This document shows, one piece after another, positions 17,050 through 24,003 of a DNA stretch of 24,003 nt; within the stretch, counting starts at the first letter, position 1, and each line of letters starts with the position of its first letter. The position numbers and the translations under genes were made by a program. The notes under the pieces are model-generated. The model ran no database searches. It was not told the DNA's origin and saw nothing but the letters and a program-made list of their open reading frames with translations. The DNA lies in the IMG/VR virus record IMGVR_UViG_2681813233_000003; one strand, written 5' to 3'. The stretch is from a virus. Its lineage: Duplodnaviria > Heunggongvirae > Uroviricota > Caudoviricetes.

Positions 17050-17718
17050 ATGAGCGCTATAACCAAAGAACGTATCAAATTATTCATTAAAAATCCGCTT
17101 GATAACGGACTTACTCGTGGCGAACAAATGGAACTGGCACGAATTGCACTGGCATCACTGGAACGCGAACAGATTCGCCACGAGCATGCCAAATGGTCTG
17201 ACTCCACATTTGGCTGCGTTGGCCCCATTGGTCCGCTGAAACATCTCTCAAAAGAGGCACTGGAAGCCGCAGCCGAACCAGACGATCTTAGCGAGTGGGC
17301 TGATATGCAGTTTCTGTTGTGGGATGCACAGCGCCGTGCTGGCATCAGCGATGCTGAAATTACCGCTGCTATGGAAGATAAATTGAAGATCAACATGGAG
17401 CGCCAGTGGCCTGAGCCAAAAGATGGTGAGCCTCGCTTGCACATTAAAGAACCCGGCAACTATCCGGTAACTCCGGATGGTTGGATAAGCTGTAGTGAGC
17501 GAATGCCAGAAATGGGAGAGCGACAATGCTATGTGTTAGCAGCTGACTTTAAAAACAACTACCCACCAAACATCCCCAACACTCAGGTCGGCGTATATGG
17601 CGACTGGTTTAATGATGGCAATCCAACTTGGGATGACGGTGATGGCGAAGACCTGTATCTCAAAGAGGTAACCCACTGGATGCCTCTACCAGAACCGCCT
17701 CGATTAAAGGAGCTATAA
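17050..17718 (+). CDS. Prophage protein with N-terminal pyrophosphohydrolase-like (DUF550-type) and C-terminal DUF551-type regions (tentative)
   Basis: 222 aa from MSAITKER with aaggag RBS; C-terminal Trp/Asp-rich ...THWMPLPEPP; domain assignment from memory only. Confidence 0.5.
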   Translation: MSAITKERIKLFIKNPLDNGLTRGEQMELARIALASLEREQIRHEHAKWSDSTFGCVGPIGPLKHLSKEALEAAAEPDDLSEWADMQFLLWDAQRRAGISDAEITAAMEDKLKINMERQWPEPKDGEPRLHIKEPGNYPVTPDGWISCSERMPEMGERQCYVLAADFKNNYPPNIPNTQVGVYGDWFNDGNPTWDDGDGEDLYLKEVTHWMPLPEPPRLKEL

Positions 17719-17832
17719 TAGTGAACTATTATATCTATTTGTATTAAAAGAGTTTTTATAAAATAAATCTTCCAAAGCATGTAAAAACACTGTTAATCTT
17801 AACGTGTGTGAAACGTGAAGAGAGGTGTTGAA

Positions 17833-18114
17833 ATGAGCATTCATGATTTGTGTGAAGATCAAGAGCAATGGGCTATGCAGACCCTTATGGGATCAGGAGT
17901 TCTTGCAAGGTGCAGAATCCATAACGATGTAATTTTAGACAGCGGAAATGATGCTTCTTCTGCTTATAAATTAGGAACTTACCTATATCAAAAAGATAAT
18001 AGCTGCAACTTATTCAATACTCTTACTGAAGCCCGCGACGCAATAAAGGATGCATATGAATCGTATTGTGGGATTGATGATTGCCCACAATGCTCAAAAT
18101 ACATTGACGATTAA
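17833..18114 (+). CDS. ea8.5: Ea8.5-like protein with C-terminal Cys cluster
   Basis: 93 aa from MSIHDLCEDQEQWAM with agaggtg RBS; Cys motif CGIDDCPQCSKYIDD; position before xis. Confidence 0.7.
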   Translation: MSIHDLCEDQEQWAMQTLMGSGVLARCRIHNDVILDSGNDASSAYKLGTYLYQKDNSCNLFNTLTEARDAIKDAYESYCGIDDCPQCSKYIDD

Positions 18115-18202
18115 TAATATGAACAAGTAACTATCCTCGCACTCGCGGGGATTTCTTTTATCTGAACTCGCTACGGCGGGTTTTGTTTTATGGAGATGAT
18201 AA

Positions 18203-18370
18203 ATGCACTTTCGAGTCACAGGTGAATGGAATGGAGAGCCATTCAACAGAGTTATCGAAGCAGAGAACATCAATGACTGCTATGACCACTGGATGCTATG
18301 GGCGCAGATAGCACATGCAGACATAACCAATATTCGAATTGAAGAACTGAAAGAACACCAAGCCGCCTGA
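18203..18370 (+). CDS. orf55-like small protein
   Basis: Manual translation gives 55 aa (MHFRVTGEWNGEPF...); between ea8.5 and xis as in lambda. Confidence 0.5.
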   Translation: MHFRVTGEWNGEPFNRVIEAENINDCYDHWMLWAQIAHADITNIRIEELKEHQAA

Positions 18371-18383
18371 TGGCGGTTTTTTC
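18361..18383 (+). terminator. Intrinsic terminator-like hairpin overlapping orf55 stop
   Basis: agccgcc-tgat-ggcggtt then TTTTTT; resembles the post-ral terminator. Confidence 0.45.
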
Positions 18384-18409
18384 TTGCGTGTAATTGCGGA
18401 GACTTTGCG

Positions 18410-18628
18410 ATGTACTTGACACTTCAGGAGTGGAACGCACGCCAGCGACGCCCAAGAAGCCTTGAAACAGTTCGTCGATGGGTACGCGAGTGCAGGATAT
18501 TCCCTCCTCCGGTTAAGGATGGAAGAGAGTATCTGTTCCACGAATCAGCGGTAAAGGTTGACTTAAATCGACCAGTAACAGGTAGCCTTTTGAAGAGGAT
18601 CAGAAATGGGAAGAAGGCGAAGTCATGA
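18410..18628 (+). CDS. xis: Excisionase Xis, lambda-type
   Basis: 72 aa MYLTLQEWNARQRRPRSLETVRRWVRE...; overlaps int start. Confidence 0.95.
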   Translation: MYLTLQEWNARQRRPRSLETVRRWVRECRIFPPPVKDGREYLFHESAVKVDLNRPVTGSLLKRIRNGKKAKS

Positions 18629-19676
18629 GCGCCGGGATTTACCCCCTAACCTTTATATAAGAAACAATGGATATTACTGCTACAGGGACCCAAGGACGGG
18701 TAAAGAGTTTGGATTAGGCCGAGACAGGCGAATCGCAATCACTGAAGCTATACAGGCCAACATTGAGTTATTTTCAGGACACAAACACAAGCCTCTGACA
18801 GCGAGAATCAACGGTGATAATTCCGTTACGTTACATTCATGGCTTGATCGCTACGAAAAAATCCTGGCTAGCAGAGGAATCAAGCAGAAGACACTCATAA
18901 ATTACATGAGCAAAATTAAAGCAATAAGGAGGGGTCTGCCTGATGCTCCACTTGAAGACATCACCACAAAAGAAATTGCGGCAATGCTCAATGGATACAT
19001 AGACGAGGGCAAGGCGGCGTCAGCCAAGTTAATCAGATCAACACTGAGCGATGCATTCCGAGAGGCAATAGCTGAAGGCCATATAACAACAAACCCTGTC
19101 GCTGCCACTCGCGCAGCAAAATCAGAGGTAAGGAGATCAAGACTTACGGCTGACGAATACCTGAAAATTTATCAAGCAGCAGAATCATCACCATGTTGGC
19201 TCAGACTTGCAATGGAACTGGCTGTTGTTACCGGGCAACGAGTTGGTGATTTATGCGAAATGAAGTGGTCTGATATCGTAGATGGATATCTTTATGTCGA
19301 GCAAAGCAAAACAGGCGTAAAAATTGCCATCCCAACAGCATTGCATGTTGATGCTCTCGGAATATCAATGAAGGAAACACTTGATAAATGCAAAGAGATT
19401 CTTGGCGGAGAAACCATAATTGCATCTACTCGTCGCGAACCGCTTTCATCCGGCACAGTATCAAGGTATTTTATGCGCGCACGAAAAGCATCAGGTCTTT
19501 CCTTCGAAGGGGATCCGCCTACCTTTCACGAGTTGCGCAGTTTGTCTGCAAGACTCTATGAGAAGCAGATAAGCGATAAGTTTGCTCAACATCTTCTCGG
19601 GCATAAGTCGGACACCATGGCATCACAGTATCGTGATGACAGAGGCAGGGAGTGGGACAAAATTGAAATCAAATAA
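18606..19676 (+). CDS. int: Integrase Int (tyrosine recombinase), lambda-type
   Basis: 356 aa; near-identical to recalled lambda Int including the catalytic C-terminal region. Confidence 0.97.
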   Translation: MGRRRSHERRDLPPNLYIRNNGYYCYRDPRTGKEFGLGRDRRIAITEAIQANIELFSGHKHKPLTARINGDNSVTLHSWLDRYEKILASRGIKQKTLINYMSKIKAIRRGLPDAPLEDITTKEIAAMLNGYIDEGKAASAKLIRSTLSDAFREAIAEGHITTNPVAATRAAKSEVRRSRLTADEYLKIYQAAESSPCWLRLAMELAVVTGQRVGDLCEMKWSDIVDGYLYVEQSKTGVKIAIPTALHVDALGISMKETLDKCKEILGGETIIASTRREPLSSGTVSRYFMRARKASGLSFEGDPPTFHELRSLSARLYEKQISDKFAQHLLGHKSDTMASQYRDDRGREWDKIEIK

Positions 19677-19679
19677 TGA

Positions 19680-19764
19680 TTTTATTTTGACTGATAGTGA
19701 CCTGTTCGTTGCAACAAATTGATAAGCAATGCTTTTTTATAATGCCAACTTAGTATAAAAAAGC
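19680..19764. mobile_element. attL (B-O-P'): P' arm 19680-19749 plus 15-bp core ttagtataaaaaagc at 19750-19764; prophage/chromosome junction
   Basis: Reverse complement of lambda core GCTTTTTTATACTAA; P' arm sequence on the int side; bacterial B arm (gcaggcttca) on the ybhC side. Confidence 0.85.
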
Positions 19765-19810
19765 AGGCTTCAACGGATTCATTTTTCTATTTCATAGCCC
19801 GGAGCAACCT

Positions 19811-21094
19811 GTGAACACATTTTCAGTTTCCCGTCTGGCGCTGGCATTGGCTTTTGGCGTGACGCTGACCGCCTGTAGCTCAACCCCGCCCGATCAACGT
19901 CCTTCTGATCAAACCGCGCCTGGTACCTCTTCTCGCCCGATTCTGTCGGCAAAAGAAGCGCAGAATTTCGATGCTCAACACTATTTTGCATCCCTGACAC
20001 CAGGTGCTGCAGCGTGGAATCCTTCCCCGATTACCCTGCCTGCGCAACCTGACTTTGTTGTCGGCCCGGCGGGCACTCAAGGTGTAACGCATACCACGAT
20101 TCAGGCGGCGGTAGATGCGGCAATTATCAAGCGTACCAACAAGCGCCAGTATATTGCCGTGATGCCTGGTGAGTATCAGGGAACGGTATATGTCCCTGCC
20201 GCTCCGGGTGGAATTACTCTGTACGGTACAGGTGAAAAACCGATTGATGTGAAGATTGGGCTTTCCCTTGATGGTGGCATGAGCCCTGCCGACTGGCGTC
20301 ACGACGTCAACCCGCGCGGCAAATATATGCCAGGTAAACCAGCGTGGTATATGTACGATAGCTGCCAGAGCAAACGCAGCGACAGTATCGGTGTTCTCTG
20401 CTCTGCGGTCTTCTGGTCACAAAACAATGGCCTGCAACTGCAAAATCTGACCATCGAAAACACGCTGGGCGATAGCGTAGATGCAGGTAACCATCCGGCG
20501 GTGGCACTGCGTACTGATGGTGACCAGGTACAGATTAACAACGTTAACATTCTCGGTCGTCAGAACACCTTCTTTGTCACCAACAGCGGTGTGCAGAACC
20601 GTCTGGAAACGAATCGTCAGCCGCGTACGCTGGTGACCAACAGCTACATTGAAGGGGATGTGGATATCGTTTCTGGTCGCGGCGCAGTGGTGTTCGATAA
20701 CACCGAATTCCGCGTGGTGAACTCACGTACTCAGCAAGAAGCGTATGTGTTTGCACCGGCTACGCTGTCCAACATTTACTACGGTTTCCTCGCCGTAAAC
20801 AGCCGTTTCAATGCTTTCGGTGATGGTGTGGCGCAACTGGGCCGCTCGCTGGATGTTGATGCCAATACCAACGGTCAGGTGGTGATCCGTGATAGCGCCA
20901 TCAACGAAGGTTTTAACACGGCTAAACCGTGGGCCGATGCGGTGATCTCTAATCGTCCGTTTGCGGGTAATACCGGCAGCGTAGATGATAACGACGAAAT
21001 ACAGCGCAATCTGAATGACACTAACTACAACCGCATGTGGGAATACAATAACCGCGGCGTGGGTAGTAAAGTGGTTGCAGAGGCGAAGAAGTAA
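19811..21094 (+). CDS. ybhC: YbhC, pectinesterase-family outer-membrane lipoprotein (GTG start); chromosomal
   Basis: 427 aa; lipoprotein signal ...LTACSS; gene known to flank attλ in E. coli. Confidence 0.85.
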   Translation: MNTFSVSRLALALAFGVTLTACSSTPPDQRPSDQTAPGTSSRPILSAKEAQNFDAQHYFASLTPGAAAWNPSPITLPAQPDFVVGPAGTQGVTHTTIQAAVDAAIIKRTNKRQYIAVMPGEYQGTVYVPAAPGGITLYGTGEKPIDVKIGLSLDGGMSPADWRHDVNPRGKYMPGKPAWYMYDSCQSKRSDSIGVLCSAVFWSQNNGLQLQNLTIENTLGDSVDAGNHPAVALRTDGDQVQINNVNILGRQNTFFVTNSGVQNRLETNRQPRTLVTNSYIEGDVDIVSGRGAVVFDNTEFRVVNSRTQQEAYVFAPATLSNIYYGFLAVNSRFNAFGDGVAQLGRSLDVDANTNGQVVIRDSAINEGFNTAKPWADAVISNRPFAGNTGSVDDNDEIQRNLNDTNYNRMWEYNNRGVGSKVVAEAKK

Positions 21095-21110
21095 GAGCAA
21101 TTAACTATTT

Positions 21111-21315
<205 letters not shown>

Positions 21316-21327
21316 ACATGGCGCTTT

Positions 21328-23589
21328 TTACATCTGACGGTTTTTATTGAAGTTAATCAAACTACCCGCCTTGATAATCTCGCGCTCTTCAGCAGTCAGA
21401 CTTTCCATATAGAGCGTAATTTCCGTTACCGGCGCATCTTCATGGATCACATAACCTTTAAACGTCGTACCCGGATTATCCAGCGCCGCTTTAATGCCAG
21501 GGATGTAAATGTAATCCCCCACTTCAAAGGTTGGCACTTCCGCCATCTGCAGCGGTAACATCCCCCAGTTGATGACGTTAGAACGGTAGCGTTTAGTCGC
21601 GTACTCTTCGGCAATATTCGCCAGACCGCCAATCACACGCTGGCAGCTCGCCGCCTGTTCACGCGCAGAACCATCGCCTGGTTTCACCGCATATACCATG
21701 CTGCCAATTTCAGTTTGCAGCGGATCAATATGCTCCTGACCAGCAATCTGCTTAATGCGCGCAAACACCTCTGTCAGCTCGCTGACATTCCCCGCCAGAC
21801 GCTGATTTTCCAGCTCAGCAGTCGCTTTACTTCTGCCAACATAACCGGGATCGCGGCGTGACAGGGTAAACTCCGCCAGACCAATCGGATTTGAACGATA
21901 AGAAGAGGTTTCACCGGAAGGAATCAGTTCGTCGGTGGTGGTCACTTCGTCGAGGATCTTCGAGCACACTTTCAGGACGATATTGTCAGTCAGCGCACCC
22001 AATTCCGGCCAGTCTTTAATGTTCGGTCCGTAAATCAGCGGTTGCTGAGTTGCCCCTTTCACAAAGCCCTGATAAACACGGTTTTTATACGGCGTTACAT
22101 CGAAGGCGTACTCCGGCACGTTGTCCCAGCAATCAAGTTCGCTGGCAGAGGTTAAATAGCCACCGTTTGCCGCAGTCGCAGCGATAGAACGAGCGTCCAT
22201 CAACGCCACCGCTGACATCTGCCCATTAGCTGGCTTAGAGCCTTCGCGGTTCGGGAAGTTGCGCGTGGTGTGGCGAATACTTAATCCGTTGTTGATTGGC
22301 GTATCGCCCGCGCCAAAGCATGGGCCGCAGAACGCGGTTCTGATGATTGCGCCTGCGCCAATCAAATCTGCTACCACACCTTTTTTGGCGAGATCCATAA
22401 ACACCGGCTGTGATGACGGGTAAACTGCCAGCGAGAAGGTGTCATTGCCACAGGATTGACCGCGCAGTGCATTCGCCGCCGCGATGACGTTTTCGTAGTT
22501 ACCGCCAGAACAGCCCGCGATAATCCCCTGCTGCACTTTCAGGCGACCATTTTCCACTTTATCCAGCAGCGAGAGTTTGGCTTTACCGTGCGCCACGCGT
22601 TCGGACTCAATTTCAATCTCACGCAGAATGTCGGTCAGGTTCTGGTTCAGTGTGTCGATTTCATACACGTTGCTCGGGTGGAACGGCAGCGCAATCATTG
22701 GTTTGATGGCGCTTAAATCAACGCTGATGCAGCCATCGTAGTACGCCATCGGTTGAGGGTTAAGCTGGCAGTAATCCTGGCCGCGACCGTGCAGCGCCAG
22801 CCAGTTATGGACTTCTTCATCGGTTTGCCAGACAGAACTTAAACAGGTCGTTTCAGTGGTCATAACGTCAACGCTGTTACGGAAATCGGTAGAGAGCGCA
22901 GCAACACCGGGACCTACGAATTCCATCACTTTGTTTTTGACGTAGCCGTTTTTGAACACGGCACCGATGATAGCCAGCGCCACATCCTGCGGCCCCACAT
23001 ACGGCGCTGGTTTTCCGGTCAGATGCACCGCAACAACTCCCGGATAGTCGATATCCCAGGTGTCATTAAGCAGCTGTTTTACCAACTCACCGCCGCCCTC
23101 ACCGACTGCCATTGTCCCTAATGCACCGTAACGGGTGTGGCTGTCTGACCCGAGGATCATTTTGCCGCCGCCTGCCATCATCTCACGCATATATTGATGG
23201 ATGACCGCAATATGCGGAGGCACAAAAATACCGCCATAACGCTGAGCTGCCGATAAACCAAAAACATGGTCATCACCGTTAATGGTGCCGCCGACGGCGC
23301 AGAGTGAGTTATGGCAGTTGGTCAGCACATACGGCAGCGGGAAACGTTCCATTCCGGACGCTTTAGCGGTCTGTACAATACCAACAAAGGTAATATCGTG
23401 AGAGGCTAATGAATCAAACTTAATTTTAAGTTTATCCATATTTCCGGACGTATTATGAGAAGAGAGAATAGACCAGGCAATAGTGCCTTTTTTGGCTTCT
23501 TCTTTTTTAATTTCGCCGGTGAAATGTTCTTCGGCAATTATTTCGTTATTACTGGCGAGAAACACGCCTTTTTCAGATAACTTGATCAT
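21328..23589 (-). CDS. ybhJ: YbhJ, aconitase-family putative hydratase; chromosomal
   Basis: Aconitase-like sequence; ATG at 23589 (MIKLSEK) preceded by GGAG, giving ~753 aa. Confidence 0.85.
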   Translation of the reverse strand: MIKLSEKGVFLASNNEIIAEEHFTGEIKKEEAKKGTIAWSILSSHNTSGNMDKLKIKFDSLASHDITFVGIVQTAKASGMERFPLPYVLTNCHNSLCAVGGTINGDDHVFGLSAAQRYGGIFVPPHIAVIHQYMREMMAGGGKMILGSDSHTRYGALGTMAVGEGGGELVKQLLNDTWDIDYPGVVAVHLTGKPAPYVGPQDVALAIIGAVFKNGYVKNKVMEFVGPGVAALSTDFRNSVDVMTTETTCLSSVWQTDEEVHNWLALHGRGQDYCQLNPQPMAYYDGCISVDLSAIKPMIALPFHPSNVYEIDTLNQNLTDILREIEIESERVAHGKAKLSLLDKVENGRLKVQQGIIAGCSGGNYENVIAAANALRGQSCGNDTFSLAVYPSSQPVFMDLAKKGVVADLIGAGAIIRTAFCGPCFGAGDTPINNGLSIRHTTRNFPNREGSKPANGQMSAVALMDARSIAATAANGGYLTSASELDCWDNVPEYAFDVTPYKNRVYQGFVKGATQQPLIYGPNIKDWPELGALTDNIVLKVCSKILDEVTTTDELIPSGETSSYRSNPIGLAEFTLSRRDPGYVGRSKATAELENQRLAGNVSELTEVFARIKQIAGQEHIDPLQTEIGSMVYAVKPGDGSAREQAASCQRVIGGLANIAEEYATKRYRSNVINWGMLPLQMAEVPTFEVGDYIYIPGIKAALDNPGTTFKGYVIHEDAPVTEITLYMESLTAEEREIIKAGSLINFNKNRQM

Positions 23590-23771
23590 CAAATGCTCCA
23601 GATATCTGCGCACCGTGAAGTGCGCAGAAAGATAATAAATGGATATACTCTAAATAATTCGAGTTGCAGGAAGGCGACAAGTGAGTGAATCCCCAGGAGC
23701 TTACATAAGTAAGTGACTGGGGTGAGCGAACGCAAACGCAGCACATGCAACTTGAAGTATGACGAGTATAT

Positions 23772-24003
23772 TTACAGCATGTTCCAGCCGATCAGCATAT
23801 TCCACCACCACACGCCGAGGGTGATATGCACCAGGAAGGTTAATATCGTCAGTACCGCACCGACCAACCACCAGGATTTAATATCGTTATAACCCACGCC
23901 AAAGATGACCGGACCTGCCGCGCCGCCATAGTGAGTAACCATGCCGCCATAGGAGTTGGAGAACAACAGTGCCAGCGCGGTTAACATTAACGGTGCGCCG
24001 GAG
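23772..24003 (-). CDS. ybhI: 3' end of ybhI-like DASS-family transporter gene (partial, continues beyond window)
   Basis: Highly hydrophobic C-terminal segment; open frame runs to the window edge; identity inferred from synteny with ybhJ. Confidence 0.5.
   Translation of the reverse strand, partial: SGAPLMLTALALLFSNSYGGMVTHYGGAAGPVIFGVGYNDIKSWWLVGAVLTILTFLVHITLGVWWWNMLIGWNML

Noticed and set aside
19731-19746. Second att-core-like sequence gcttttttataatgcc suggesting a duplicated att site
   Set aside because: It is part of the lambda P' arm (AT-rich Int/IHF-binding region) and differs from the 15-bp core; only one true core is present at 19750-19764.

Overview
This window is the left junction of a lambda-family prophage integrated at the E. 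coli attλ site, with chromosomal genes ybhC, ybhJ and the 3' end of ybhI on the right (19811-24003). All protein identifications are from recall of known protein families and phage maps, not database searches. Running from attL (core ~19750-19764) to lower coordinates the prophage carries: int-xis, orf55, ea8.5, an ea22-locus mosaic, small pL-operon ORFs, exo-bet-gam-kil-cIII-ea10, a frameshifted ral, a P22-gp24-like N, a non-lambda immunity region (chimeric cI, cro, chimeric cII), lambda O/P/ren/ninB, a nin region with a phage Dam methyltransferase and rusA, a Q82/DLP12-type Q, a convergent OmpC-family porin moron, and a phage-21-type lysis cassette (S21 pinholin, SAR endolysin, Rz/Rz1). The most interesting region is an AT-rich, rare-codon two-gene cassette (10179-11485) sitting exactly where lambda carries rexA-rexB, immediately downstream of cI and followed by its own terminator; neither protein is recognisable to me, and it is the best candidate for an undescribed prophage-encoded exclusion/defence system. 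A second candidate is a 149-aa two-transmembrane-helix moron (12479-12928) flanked by a duplicated 14-bp terminator segment.
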